This document shows, one piece after another, positions 1-14,034 of a stretch of 64,000 nt of DNA. The notes below the pieces were generated by a model. That model saw only the letters and a list, made by a program, of their open reading frames with translations, was not told where the DNA came from and did not search any database. The DNA is from Octopus vulgaris (taxonomy: Eukaryota). Numbering within the stretch: the stretch's first letter is position 1; the number at the start of each line of letters is the position of its first letter. Where the stretch lies: contig OX597817.1 in assembly GCA_951406725.2 (NCBI GenBank), forward strand, positions 434,001 through 498,000. Direction: 5' to 3'. The position numbers and the translations under genes are program-made.

Positions 1-149
<149 letters not shown>

Positions 150-819
150 CTAGATAAATAAGAGACAAAATGGTACTTCAGTTTCATCAGCCTGATATCA
201 AAATATTGTTATATACCATGGTCATACTGTTGTCACTATCATGTCACTGTAGTCATAGTCATCATTTTCATATTGCTATGATTATGCTATCATTATTATC
301 ATATCTCCGATTATTCTAGAATCATCACCATATTGCTGACTTTATTAGTGTGTCATTGTCATATCGTTTTGAGAGAGAAAGAAAAGAAAATACAGTAACA
401 AGAGAGGGAGAGAGAGAAAGGGAGGACACTAATTCTCTTTCCTTTCTCTTTCACTTTGCTTCTCTTTATCTCCAGGATGCATTTCATTTTGATTTATGAA
501 TTTTTTTACTTTTTTTTTCTTTCATTATTTTTACCCTTTTACTATTGTCCATTTTAGTATTCTTTTCTTTCTTTCAACAGAATCCTGACTTCACTCACTC
601 TCTTCACCTTTTATTTGATTTCTATCTATTTTCCTCTCAAAATACTTATATCTATCCAACCTTAGAACATTTGATCACTGTAACATTATGCAATAAACTG
701 TTTCTCTGATGATCTGTTATGGTTAAGTATCCAACATGAAATATAGATAGGGAACTAAAGACATAAACTGGTGTTCATCACAATTTCTTTTTATCTATAT
801 ATATATATATATATATATA

Positions 820-1110
820 TCATCATCATCATTTAGCGTCCGCTTTCCATGCTAGCATGGGTCGGACGGTTCAACTGGGGTCTGGGAAGCCAGAAGGCTG
901 CACCAGGCCCAGTCTGATCTGGCAATGTTTCTACGGCTGGATGCCCTTCCTAACGTCAACCACTCCATGAGTGTAGTGGGTGCTTTTTACGTGCCAGACG
1001 GGGCTGGCAAACGGCCACGGTCGAATGGTGCTTTTTACGTGCCACCGGCACAGGGGCCAGGCGAGGCTGGCAACGGCCACGATCAGATGGTGCTTTTTAC
1101 ATGCCACCAG
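820..1110 (-). mobile_element. 5'-truncated copy of the RTE-type LINE 3'UTR (or a SINE sharing its tail)
   Basis: Reverse complement matches 56890-57180, including aaaaagcacc repeats, ttaggaagggcatccagccgtagaaac, cccatgctagcatgg and the (GAT)n tail. Abuts a (TA)n tract. Confidence 0.85.
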
Positions 1111-1111
1111 C

Positions 1112-2140
1112 ACTTGCCAACAAGTGACAAGTTTGTTTATTCCAATAACATGAAAATCTGAAGTTCTGGAGCTGATGAACTCTTTGAATGCACTTTCAGG
1201 AACAGTTTCGCTTTTTAACTCCTCCTCTTGCAGGAAACCATCAGGTGCTTGAAAAAGTGGCAGTCAGTAGGAGAGACGTCTGGGGAAGAACTTCGTAGCC
1301 AAGTTCTCTCAACTTCTGGAGCATCATTAGCGAAACATGTGATCGAGCACTGTCATGAAGAATGACTGACCCTCTCCTGTTGACCTGTCTGGGACAGAGT
1401 AGTCGTAGTTTTTTGGTTCATTTTGGTTTTCATGGCAATATGTTTCTGCAGTAATGGTTTTAAAAGGTTTTAAGAAGTTATAGTGGATGACTCCAGCAGT
1501 ACACCACCAAAACAGTCACCATAACATTCTTTTTGAAGAGCTTGGGTTTAAGGAAAGCTTTTGGTACTTCATTCTGGTCCAACCACTACGAATAATGATT
1601 TTTATTATTGTACGGAATCCACTTTCATCGCTAGTTACAATATGGTCAAGAAATGGATCAGTCTGGTTATGGAGAAGAAGTGACGAGCAAATTTCATGTC
1701 TGCACATTTTCTGATTTTCATTCAAATCATGTGGTACCCATTCGTTGAGCTTTTTTTTTTTTTTTTTTTTTTCTGGCTAACTTGAAGTTTTTTTTACCAG
1801 TTCTCAAGTGGTCTTTACATGGATCTTTCTTAATGCCAGTCTCCACCGTAAAATCGTTTAAGCCATTTTCGCGTTGGTCACTCACTGGTCATTTCCTCAC
1901 CAAATGTTTCATTGATATCACAAGCAGTTTCAGCTGCTTTACGCCCCTTTTTTGAAGTTGAATAGCAAAATTGCTCGAATATTGCGCTCTGACAGTTCCA
2001 TTTCAGATGATTGTAACAATGGTGACAAAAGATACCAATGTTAATTTATTGATGCATTTGGGTAAGTCAATGTCTGTATCATGAGACAATTGCAAAGAAA
2101 CGTTTAAAACAAATTCAAAACTCTGCAAAAAATCCAGTAC
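1112..2140 (-). mobile_element. Decayed mariner transposase
   Basis: Minus-strand motifs WVPHDL (~1730), DPFLDHIVTSDE (first catalytic D region) and SPDVSPTDCHFF (YSPDLAPSD-like, ~1255-1285). Frameshifts and a poly-T insertion. Ends approximate. Confidence 0.85.
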
Positions 2141-2743
2141 AAATTCTTTATGGTTCAAAACATTGTTTACTTTTTATTCAACTGTTTTTTTATATCCATC
2201 CATCCCAAAATCCATTATAAATTAATCTTTCTAAATCATACATAAACAGTTATCTAATGAAGGTTTCTTGGCAGTGGAATTCTATTAAAACATTTATCTC
2301 CCTTGGTTTTGTGTGTGTGTGCGCAATCACAACTCGGTGACTTTTGTTAACATCAAAATGAGCACATTGGTATGTGTGAGCGTACTAGAGGATGCAACTG
2401 TTTATTTGTAAGTAGGAATGTACTAGTATGTATGTGTGTGTGTGTGCATCTTTTGAATGTGTATGCAAGTACGTGTGATTGTTTACAAGTAAGATAGCAA
2501 GAGCTTGCAATGATGTGTGAGTATGCACAAGTGTCTCTTTGCAAATATGTGTGAATGTGAATTTAAAAAGAAACTAACAAGCAAACAAAATAAAACTAGT
2601 CAATATCTTATCAACTTGACAAATTTCACAACAGCCACCACCAATACAAACACTTAAAAACTACCACTGCTTTTACAAACACTAGCAAGTTTCAGGACTT
2701 TTGATCATATAAGTCTGCTTAATCAGGACTGACTTGGAGCTCA

Positions 2744-3491
<748 letters not shown>

Positions 3492-3582
3492 GCTTAAAAA
3501 CATTAAAGAAATATATAAATAGAAAGATAAATAATTCTATAACCAGGGGAACTTTCTCGGTCTCTTTCTCCCTCTGCATATA

Positions 3583-4385
3583 CTGGGTGGGTGAAAAGTA
3601 AGTAGGCATTAGAAATTGCATATAAAATTTTTAGGATCACTGAAGTCATGATGAAAATATTTTTTAAACAGACAACACTAATCAAGATTTCTTACTGTTT
3701 TCTTTTCCAGATGGCCAGTTACTTGACTGTTCAGGAGTGAGCTAAGATAGCAGCATGCTATGAAGTGTGGAATTCCACTGTTTCGGTGCACGGAAAGGTA
3801 AGATTGCAACACTACATCCAGAGACAATAAAAAGTTGTCATGCAAAGCTGATGACCACAGGCTCTATGAATGCTGCAAAAATTGGCAGTCCAACGACATC
3901 CCGATCACTGGCAACAGTGCAGGAAATGTTTAATCACAGCCTGCAAAAATCAACATGTCAAGTAGCTCATGAAAGTGGACTAACCAGACACACAATATGT
4001 ATGATGTTGCATAAAGAATTGAATTTTCGTCTGTGTAAACCCCATTATATGCAGGAGCTAAAACCTGAAGACTGTGACCGCAGAAGTCCAGATCTCACTC
4101 CATGTGACTTTTACTTGTGGGGTTACAAAAAAGAGGTGTACAAGACAAAACCTCACACACAGGAGGACTTGGAGACAAGGCTTCAGGAGGTACTCAATGA
4201 TATCCCAGGCAATGTCCTTCAGAAGGTTGTTCATTCCATCCCTGGCAGTTTGAGGAAACTGGTTGATGCCACCAGTGCTTACATTGAAATATAAAGATTT
4301 ACTTTCATTTGTTTCAATAAATTTGTAATAGGAAAATGGATTTTATTACCGATTTTTAATGTCTACTTACTTTTCAGCCACCCAG
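3583..4385 (+). mobile_element. Internally deleted Tc1/mariner-superfamily DNA transposon
   Basis: TIRs ctgggtgggtgaaaagtaagtaggcatta / taatgtctacttacttttcagccacccag, both flanked by TA. ORF 3767-4294 jumps from the HTH/linker straight to RSPDLTPCDFYLWGY, so most of the catalytic core is missing. Confidence 0.9.
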
Positions 4386-4388
4386 TAT

Positions 4389-4419
<31 letters not shown>

Positions 4420-5574
4420 TGTATACTCTCAGAGTGGTTGGCATTAGGAAGGGGATCCAGCTGTATAAATTCTATGTGTATGTGTCACTGTGCCATGTAA
4501 AAAAGCACTGGTGATGGTGTCACATAAAAAGCACCCATTACTCTGTAAAGTGGTTGGCGTCAAGAAGGGTGTCCAGCTGTAGAAACCAACCAAAACAAAC
4601 TATGGAACCTGGTGTGGGCCTCTGACCTTACCAGCTGCAATCAATATGCTAAACCCATGTCAGCTTAGAAAATGGACATTAAATGATAATGATGATGACA
4701 TGCATATGTAATTTTTCTATGTTGGCATACAACATTCGACCAGTAGTTTCAGTCGAGCAACATCTCATCTGTGAGGCCGAATCTCCTGAAATATAAACCT
4801 GGTCACTTTCTCAATTGAATATACTTTCCACTGACACCCAACACTCCTTGTCCATTACCATAACATATCCATATCGGTGCAGTTACTTAAGCAACATACA
4901 TAGTTTTGTTTAACATCTAGTTTTACCAAAGATAATATATATTAAACACCTTCTCCCAAACTGAGTTATTTACATATTATAATGAAGAGACCCATTGACA
5001 TAAAAAAAAATTCCAACTACAAAAAAATTTATGCAAAGATTTTTTCCAGTGCTCTACTGATTCTGGCACCCATCCACTATAGCAACATTAAAAAGAGACA
5101 ATGCAATTTGAAAGTGTTGACCTTCTTCCCACATAATCATAAGTTCAAATCATACTATAGCCATCATGTTGTCATTTTAAGAAAGCAACAAACCTCTTTA
5201 CTTTTAGTTTGACCAATATAAAACATATTTTAATGCTACTTCACTGATAAGTACTTGATGGTAGAGAGCACACCTGTATGTAAAATTGCTCAAGAGTAAA
5301 TGCAATCATCAATGTCAGCTTGGATAGTAGACCTAATCTGTTAGTAAGTTTAATACCATCACCTTGCCCTTGGAGGCCTTCTGTTGTAAGGATCTGGACA
5401 AGGTCTCTAAAGATAACTCTGTGTCATGTATGATACATTCCTTTTTCCTTTACAAATACAATTTATGGGGGGTTTTTTCTCTAAAAAAAACTATGGAAAT
5501 TTGGATGTGAAAAAATATTATAAAGAGACCAAGAGATGATTAAATAAGAAAAAAATAAGAGAAATTTGGTTTAC

Positions 5575-5665
5575 TTCGAAGTTCTTTGGTGGGTAACTGT
5601 TGTAGTTTCTGTGCAATATTCATCAAAGCCTTCACAAATTCTTGTTGTGGCATCAGCCTTGGTGC
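5575..5665 (-). CDS. PI4KB: PI4KB coding exon, 91 nt (phase 0 to 1)
   Basis: Acceptor ttttgttttggtattcccag, donor GAA|gtaaac. Encodes APRLMPQQEFVKALMNIAQKLQQLPTKELR; human is [30 protein letters not shown]. Phases fit both neighbours. Confidence 0.95.
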
Positions 5666-7241
5666 CTGGGAATACCAAAACAAAACATTATGTTCAAAAA
5701 AGAAACAAGAGGCAAAAACACAATATCTTTATTACCATGTCAGTTTTGTTTTTAAAACAAAAATCTACGAGAATTGGAAATTAGAAACTGAATGAAACAA
5801 GACCAACATTCATTTCTAAAGTCTGCATTTCAGTGAAAAGATCTAATAAAGCCAGAACATGCATGCAGGTGTCTCCAGTGCTTGCCAGAATATTATCAGT
5901 CACTCTCCAATACTAGTTTTCTTACTCACAACCTAATTATTTCTAATTGGACTTTTAATAATCAGTACATTAAATATAGTAATACTAATAGGACTACAGT
6001 TTTTCATTGTGATAGCATCTCTGACAATTCATTTCTAAAGATGAAGTAGGGCATGTTGTGAGAAAGTAAAATATTTTAAACTTTGGACATTGGGCCAGAT
6101 ATTTGTAAGAAAGGTTTATGGTTAACTAAATAAAGCCCAAAACATACCAATTATTGACTTTTATCAACCCCTACTGAATGAGGGATAAAAGACAAAGTTG
6201 ATGCCAATAGGATTTGAACACAGGACATAAGGGTAGGCCGTAAATCAGCACTGCATGGCATTTCGCCATTCCTATGGCTTACTGCCTTCAGTGTAAATAA
6301 TATACACTAATTAGAGGGATCCTATGTGGTTGTGTTGCTTGACCTGAAAGAAGTAGCAGCCAAACCTCAACCTCACTGCCTTTAAAAAGAAAAAAGCACC
6401 CTGAATAATGTAGTCCAAGATAAAGATAGGTCAATCACAGCTGGAACAGCTTTATCATAAGTTTACTATCATAACTGGCTTGAGACTAACATACTAAGGA
6501 TTTCTAGCAGGCATAGAACACTTTGGGGTGGGGGTAGTGGGGAATACAGTTGATTTCTATCATCCCAGTACTCAACTGGTACTTATTTTATCAACACAGG
6601 TAAGATAAAAAGTGTGGTCAATAGTTGCAGCACTTGAAATCAGAAAATAAAGGGAGGTAACACAATACCGCAAAACCATTTTGTCTACTGTTCAAACGAT
6701 TCTACTGATGACTTCTAGTCAAGCAGAATGCTAATTTATAAAGATATGGTTTATACAGTTGATGTCACTAACTCCATCATATTACTGGTATTTGCTATTA
6801 CAATATACAGAACCTATTTGAAAATGGTACACTTTCTATACACATACACTCATAGAAAAGCATACATACACACACAGTATTAGAACCTAGCTCACAAGGG
6901 CAAGTCACTTTACACAGACACACATGCGGTCAGAACCTATTTACAATGGCTCAGCACTTTATACAAAAAAAACAAAAGTACATGAAACTTACTCAGGTTC
7001 AATCCAACAAACAGTTCCTGCCTATCTGATTTCACTAATAAGGCTTGGGTCAACAGACAGTTATGGTAAAAAAATAAAAATAAAAACCTTGCAAGATTCC
7101 ATGTTTTGAGATTGAACCCATGATCTTGTGAGTATGAAGCAAACCTCTTAACCATCTGGTCAATACACACACACTCTCTCTCTCTCTCTCTCTCTTACCC
7201 ACTCACATGCACACAAACAAACACAGGATGTCAGTACATAC

Positions 7242-7399
7242 CTCACAATGACAGACAGTCTTTCGACCAGTCAAATCATTGAATAATGCCTCTGAACTCT
7301 TGTGACAAGTGCAGCCACTTTCGAAAGCTCGTCCAGAGGTCAGGTCACCAGCAAGGAGAGGCATGTTTGGCAATGTCATAGAATGGCGGATGCTGCTGC
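7242..7399 (-). CDS. PI4KB: PI4KB coding exon, 158 nt (phase 1 to 0), with invertebrate-type Cys-rich segment
   Basis: Acceptor ctccctcactctctacttgcag, donor GAG|gtatgt. Encodes SSIRHSMTLPNMPLLAGDLTSGRAFESGCTCHKSSEALFNDLTGRKTVCHCE, in frame with the next exon. The GDLxxGxAFxxGCxC motif is recalled from invertebrate Fwd/PI4KB. Confidence 0.92.
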
Positions 7400-9216
7400 C
7401 TGCAAGTAGAGAGTGAGGGAGGAGATATATTTAGAAAACATCAATTTCTATATAACAACACCAACAGGTCAATGACAAATATGGCTGTTACAGCCACAAT
7501 CTGAAAAGATGAAGAAAAACAGAAGAGAGGTTGAGTGGGGGTGGGCTGAAGCATTCATGGAAATATTTAAACCAAAACAATGCAAATTTTCTGTTCCATT
7601 ACTTTGAAATATAAAAACCAATTTAAGAAAATATCTACATATTTACTCAACCTGTAAGAAATTCCCTCTTAAAAATCATACCCTGCTACCTAAAAAAAAA
7701 AAATAATGAAGTTAAGACTGTACAAAAAGACAATAGTCATAACTAGAATTTCTTTGGTCACAGGTCTGGTTGATCAAGACTGATTTGGGTCTTAACAACA
7801 AAACTACTCCTACCAGCTTTGATTCATCACTAGGTGCTTCATCTTCATCTCCCAGTTTTCCCCTGCATCTCTGCATTCTGCTTCTATACAAAAATGCATC
7901 AAACATAGTTGGCAATGGCAGAGAAAAGAGAAAGGTACAACTTTCTTTAAATATCACATGGGTAAGTGTTGCTGAAACAAAAAGATATCTCTTATAAAAC
8001 AAAGTTATAAGTGGTTTGAGAGAGCCTGTAAATCTTTGAATACGAGTATAGAGTTGGTTTTATAAATAATGCTCAATGGTCTACACCCTTTCATTAGTGC
8101 TGCATCAGCATTTCTAGAAAAAATAACTTTCACTAGATAAATCCTCCTAGTCTCAAATAGGTACCATGTGCAGTTACAGTTCACTATCTTAGGTGACAAA
8201 GCCACTAAGTGAATCTCAATGTGGGCATCCAATTTACTAAAAATAACAATCAAATCACCCAGAAATCCTATCTTTCTTAAAAACAGGACGACACAGTGGC
8301 TAATGTAATTCATGATACATTATTCTGAAAAACAGTAATGACAATATAAAAGAAGATGGGGGCCACAGCTGGACATATGCCTTTTTGGTCAGGACTGATC
8401 TGAAGCTAAATAACAACAGAAGCATTATATAAATGCTGGACATTATGTTGGATTACAATGTTAACACTTTGGAAATGAAACCTACTGATGAAATATCTGT
8501 TAAGGAAATGGACCCTTTAGAAGATTCTACATTGAAAGAAATGAAACCATTTTTATGGAGATACATGAAAATATAGATGCTATTCTTTTTATCCTCTAAA
8601 AAATATATGAATCTCATTAGACAAGGAAAAAAGTATATACAGACAGTACATGCATTCAATAAGGTAAAAAGTATGTACAGTCTTGAAGAGATAGGCTTTT
8701 AATTCACAACTAGTACACAACTAGTGGCAAGATTATAAGGTGGCTGTGTTTGGCTCCAGGATAATCCTGATCCAGCAGACCTGTACTTAAAAGGGCTCCA
8801 AATGTGCCCATATTGCCTCATTAAGTGCAAGTAGGACTTCATTATTTAAAGTACTCTTTCCCTATTTCAGACAGTAATTTTGAGGAAAATTTGGTTGCTA
8901 TTTCTTACAGATTGAGCAATAACATTGCAGATCCCTCAGTGACTCATTTTGATGATTAAATTTTATCCAGAGTATCAAGGAGTAATTTGTAGGATTCCTT
9001 GAATTAGAATACTGGCTGGAAACATTGATAAAATGAAAATAAACTTCTTAGGAGTTGTAAAGTAAAACTGGAAGTTAATTAGGGACTGGAAGTTAATTAG
9101 AGACTTGACAGGATGAAAAAAATTTGGTTTTTTTGTTGTTTTTTTCTCCTAATTTTGAGCTGCAGTATTTTTGAAAATAAAAACATTATAAAGCACTGAA
9201 GAACAATGCTATGTAT

Positions 9217-9416
9217 TTAACCCCTTAGTATTCCGACTATTCTGTTAAATGCAATACTTATTTGGCCCCATTGTTTTGAATTAGACACACATTATCATGT
9301 AGCTTTGAGACTTTGATGATGACATGGTAGGGTAGGTGTGAGAGGGTGGATATGACTGGTTTGAACATAAAACAAGAAGAATATATGAGCCAGATATAAC
9401 CAGTTTAAATGTTAAA
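9217..9416. mobile_element. piggyBac-like MITE remnant
   Basis: Begins ttaacccctt agtattc with a degenerate inverted end (aatgttaaa). A similar TTAA-ccc...gg-TTAA element lies at 24498-24713. Confidence 0.4.
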
Positions 9417-10569
9417 TACTATAGTGAAGAGAGATGAAGCTTAATATTTGAAAGGGTCTTTTACTCATTCCGCTTCTCTTATATATAGGATCTTTCACAA
9501 ACTCTGCAATAACTAACCCTAACCTCACACTTTATCCACAACAATAACCCTAACCATAATCTCTAAATACTATCTTCACCACATGCTCAAGTAGGTGGTT
9601 GCAACTGAATCACAAAACCACACATTTTAGGGGAAGAATCAGTTGATTATTTTAAACCTTAACAATATTTGAATGGTAACTACTCTATCAAATATGGAAG
9701 GATGAGAAGAAAAGTCAACTTCAGTGGGATTGGAACTCAGTACACAAATGAATGCAACTAAATGCCACAAGGCGTTTTGTCTGATACTCCACCGATTCTG
9801 CCAAGTCAGTACCTTCAAGGAATTTTCTTTGATGCTCAATTGTGATGATAGCCTCAATCCCATTTTTTGCAGGACCAGGAATGGCAAGAAGGTTTCCTTT
9901 TTTGTCTGGTAGGTATGGAAAAAGAGGTTATACAGTGGACAAGATTGTAAAGACTGATACAGACACTTTCCTTTTCAGCTAAACTCTCATCAGCTTCCTC
10001 AAAAGTTCCAGTTTGAGAGAAAGGTGAGTGTGGAGATGGAAGTGCTGCTCTCTAGTGAATTTGCTGAAAAGTGGCCTAAGTCACAAGAATGGCTCATAGG
10101 AATGGGCCTACTCTCAGCAGGTACCTATTAACTAGGGAACACAGTTGGAAGATACAGGGCTGTTGCCCTTGGTAGTCAAGGTATGCAGTTGCTTTATTTG
10201 CTGTTCTCCTTACATTTCTTTTGTACACTATTGCTTCCAATGCTTATATAGGTTGGATAGCATTATCATGGTTCATGTCATATTGCGCACACACATGCAG
10301 AGCAATAGAGGAAACTGGTTAACTTTAATATTGCATGCCTTAATGTAGTATGAGCATATATTGTTTTGTCACCACCACAAAGGTTGTCCCGTGTGAGGAG
10401 AATTAAATGATACCCTCTACATTACATCAGCTTTTGTTCAGTATTATTGCTCTCCTAAAGAGACAGCCCGTGGTGCAGCTTACAAAGTTTATGTCTTCAT
10501 TCTATGTAAAGGATCACCAATTTAGGAAAGTCTGATAATATTAGTAATAATAATTAGTATAATAATTTC

Positions 10570-10780
10570 GAATTTTAGCTCAAGACCAGCAATTCTGGGG
10601 GAGGGGCTACATCACTTACATCATTCCAAGTACGCAACTGGTACTTATTTTATCAACCCTGAAAGGATGAAAAGCAAAGTCAACCTCAGTGGAATTTAAA
10701 TTCAGATTGTAAAAATGGACGAAATGCTGCTAAGTATTAAGCCCAGTATGCTAACGATTCTGCCAGCTCACCACCTTAAT
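10570..10780 (-). mobile_element. Short interspersed repeat (SINE-like), family B
   Basis: Core ctggtacttattttatc..ccc.gaaaggat.aaag.caaagt.gacct...ggaattt.aactcag recurs at ~6160, 6520-6710, 11065-11275, 29540, 40140-40340 and 45680. Usually bounded by (AAT)n. Confidence 0.7.
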
Positions 10781-11692
10781 AATAATAAAAAATAAATAAT
10801 AAATAGAGGTAACTCAAAGGTGGAGTCTAAAAACAGAAACAATGCCTATCATAGTAGGTATGATAAATACATAACAAAAACACCAGGACTAACAAGTATA
10901 TATAATATACAGAAAATAGCACTACTAGGCACTGCACACATCCTATGTAAAACATTTTCAATACAGTGAAAATAAGAGCATCACAAAAAAAATACAAGAC
11001 ATACCCAAGGCACACAGAGCTGTGCTTGGTAATGCAATGAAAGCACTGATAATAATAAGGGTTTTAAATTTTGCAAGAAGGGCAGGAATTTTGTGGGGAG
11101 GGGATGAGTCGATTACATCGACCCCAGTGTTCAACTGGTACTTATTTTATTGACCCTGAAAGGATAAAAGGCAAAATTGATCTTGGCAGAATTCAAACTC
11201 AGAATGTAGATCCGGGCGAAATACTACCAAGCATTTTAACCAGTGTGCTAACCACTCTGCCAGCTCTCCGCCTTAATAATAACAAATAATAATAATAAAT
11301 CCCAATGCTGACTTGAACTATGTCACTAGCAACTAAGTAGTTCTGACATGTTATTACTGCACCAAACTATTACTTGAAAACTAAGTTGCAGATATAAGTA
11401 CTACAAAGTAGACGAGATAATCCTAATCTGATAATCTGATATATTCAAGTTACAGTTTGGTGATGATGATGGTGGCAGTGTTGTATAGTAATCTATAGAT
11501 CAGTAGTTCTCAATGTTTCTGACTTCATGGTACATTCGATATCAAATAAAAAATAACCTACAGCTGTACTTTGCAAAGAAAGTTTTAAAATGTCAGTGTA
11601 CTTTAAATTTGAAAAAAAAAAAAAAAAAAAAAATATTTTAAAAAATTGTCAATCTTGCTTTATTAAACATATTTTTGTAAAACAAAATTATA

Positions 11693-12050
11693 GGCATGGC
11701 TGTGTGGTAAGCTTGCTTCTTGACCACTAGGTTCCAGGTTCAGTCCTACTATGTAACACCTTGGGCAAGTGTCTTCTATTACAGCTCCTAAGTTGATCAA
11801 AGCTTTGTGAATGGATTTGGTAAACAGAAACTGAAAGAAGCCCATTGCATGTATGTGTGTTTGTCCCCCATCACCACTTGACAACTGATGTTGGTTTGTT
11901 TATGTCTCTGAGAACAAGTGGTTCAACAAAAAAGAGACCAGTTCATTAAGTACCAAGTTTTAAAAAAATAAAAAAGTACTGGGGTCAATTTGTTTCACTG
12001 TGCCCCAGCATGGCCACAATCTAACGACTGAAACGAGTAAACGATAAAAG
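11693..12050 (+). mobile_element. tRNA-derived SINE, family A
   Basis: Head tggctgtgtggtaag...ggttcagtcc (A/B-box-like) and body accttgggcaagtgtcttc...gatttggta.ac.gaaactgaaagaagccc. Other copies at ~13120(-), 16090-16465(-), 17510(-), 20690(-), 26370(-), 47555(+), 51775(+), 58725(-), 59850(+). Confidence 0.8.
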
Positions 12051-14034
12051 ACACGTTTTCCAAGGTGTTTAAGTATTTGAATGAATCTTTGATAGCCTTA
12101 AATTATATTTTTAAAAATCTGCAAGCACCCCTAGATACCCGTTGTGGTGCATCGGTGTGCTACGGTGCACCATTCCTAAATCACTGTTAATACTATTACT
12201 TTCCTCCTATACCACAACTACTGCAACAAATACCACAAGTTACTATTAATACTGGCAATATTACTACCATCAGTGATACAACCACTGACACTACCACCAC
12301 TGGTAAGAACAACACAAAGTACTATCACTACTGATTTAGAATTGTACTGGTGGCAGTGCACACACACGTTTACACGTTCAACTATAAAATGTTCTCACCT
12401 ATGAATTCAATGCAAAAATGAGCTCCAAGGTATATACACTGCTTGTATTGATTATTAAAAACAGCTAGGTGTTGATATAGGCCGGGACATACAAATTATT
12501 GTTAGCTGGGTATTGAAAGTGACATTACAGACAGGCTTTCATATACACTCATTGATCAGAATTAGAATCAGCCATACAATTGTGTGTATATGTGTATGCA
12601 TGTCTGTATGTGTGTAGGTACATGAATGTATATATACGTCTGGACACACATGTAAGTATATATGTTGGCATCTATATGTAAATGTGTATATATCATTTAC
12701 TTAGAGCAGGGTCAGTACCCATGACTTTCATGTACCTTCCCAGGCTGGTAAGAATATTGCCTGCAAGAAAACTATTTGGACAAAGAGGGTTCCAAAATGT
12801 TGTGCTTCTGGGAGAGAGTAGACTTAGTAAAATGTCTAGCGAGGTTGAGAGATTGTAAAGAATGACAAGTGAAGGAGCACATTGGTTACGAACAGCGAAA
12901 CTCATCAATTAATTTCGAGTTTTCCATGTTTGCAGGGATCAGACGGAATCTGTTGAGGCTGATTTTTTTTTCAATGGCTGGATGCCCTTCCTGTCACCTA
13001 CCCTCACCTATTTCCAAGTAAAGTAAAGTAAAGTAATATTTCCCATGTCCAGACACAATTTTCACAGAAAACTGGAACTGAACAACATTGTTGTATGACA
13101 GTGATGCTCAAGACACACACAAGACTTCTTTCAATGTTCACCTACCAAATCCACTCACAAGGCTTTAGTTGGATCAAGGCTATAGTAGAAGACACTTCCC
13201 CAAAGTGCCATGCAATGGGACTGAACTTGAGACCATATGGTTGAAAAGCAAGCTTCTTGACCACACAGTCATACCTGCAACAACAACTCAACCTGCTTTA
13301 GAAGTGTACTCACTCTCCGATTGGAGACAAGTACAAATATGTGACACCTGATGACAGTTGAGGACCAAGCTGTTTGAAATGTGTTTTAGCACAAGCATGA
13401 AAAAGAGGAGATCAAACAGCTTGAAATCAGGACTGGACAATGTGATATCAAGAGTATGATGGAGTTTCTAATGGACATCATCTAGTCAAGCAATGAGCAA
13501 CAACAGCTGTTCAGTAAAATACTACAGGTGCAATGAGTAATAAATATTTGGTATAGATTTAGTAATGTTTTTTGTTAACTTGGTGCTAACTTAGTCAATA
13601 AGAAATATTTCACATTTGTTTCTATGCATGAAGACAAACTGATAGCAAAGTACGTATAAACAAAATAGTGAAGGTGTTGAGACTGAAGTAACTCAGCAAG
13701 CAAGAGGGACAACTACACTGGTTTCAAGACATGTAATATAAATGGTGGAGGTATGCTGGATAAAGAATAACATCAGAATTGGTAGTGATAGACAGACAGA
13801 CAGATAATGGCAAAAAATGAGGGAGAAGTCAATTGGAAAAGTAGGTAGGTAAGACTTGCAATAATAGCATTTCAACTCAAAATTGAGAAACATGAAGTAT
13901 TCTACAATGTAGTAAGCTCAGTCAACCCATTTATGTATATAGGGAAATATGGATTTTAAACCAATGATAACAGAGCAAGTGATGATGATGATGTCAATGA
14001 ACTAACAACATGATGATAACAGAGGCAGGGATAA

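Noticed and set aside
7814-7883. 70-nt minus-strand exon-like segment (GDEDEAPSDESKL frame)
   Set aside because: Length is not a multiple of 3, and the protein-like frame is incompatible with the phase-1 intron.
9510-9560. Telomere-like taaccc units
   Set aside because: Only two or three scattered units, not an array.
11501-12186. Non-autonomous hAT element hosting a SINE
   Set aside because: Ends cagtagttctcaa / aaatcactg are suggestive, but the 8-bp flanks do not match.
12392-12425. Recursive splice site-like tcatag|gtgaga on minus
   Set aside because: The polypyrimidine tract is weak and such a match is expected by chance.
13313-13346. Approximately 34-nt minus-strand exon candidate, and a nearby + strand CTGATGA...GAAA
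   Set aside because: The exon shifts the frame unless a non-default acceptor is assumed. The hammerhead-like motif lacks helix III and a proper stem II junction.
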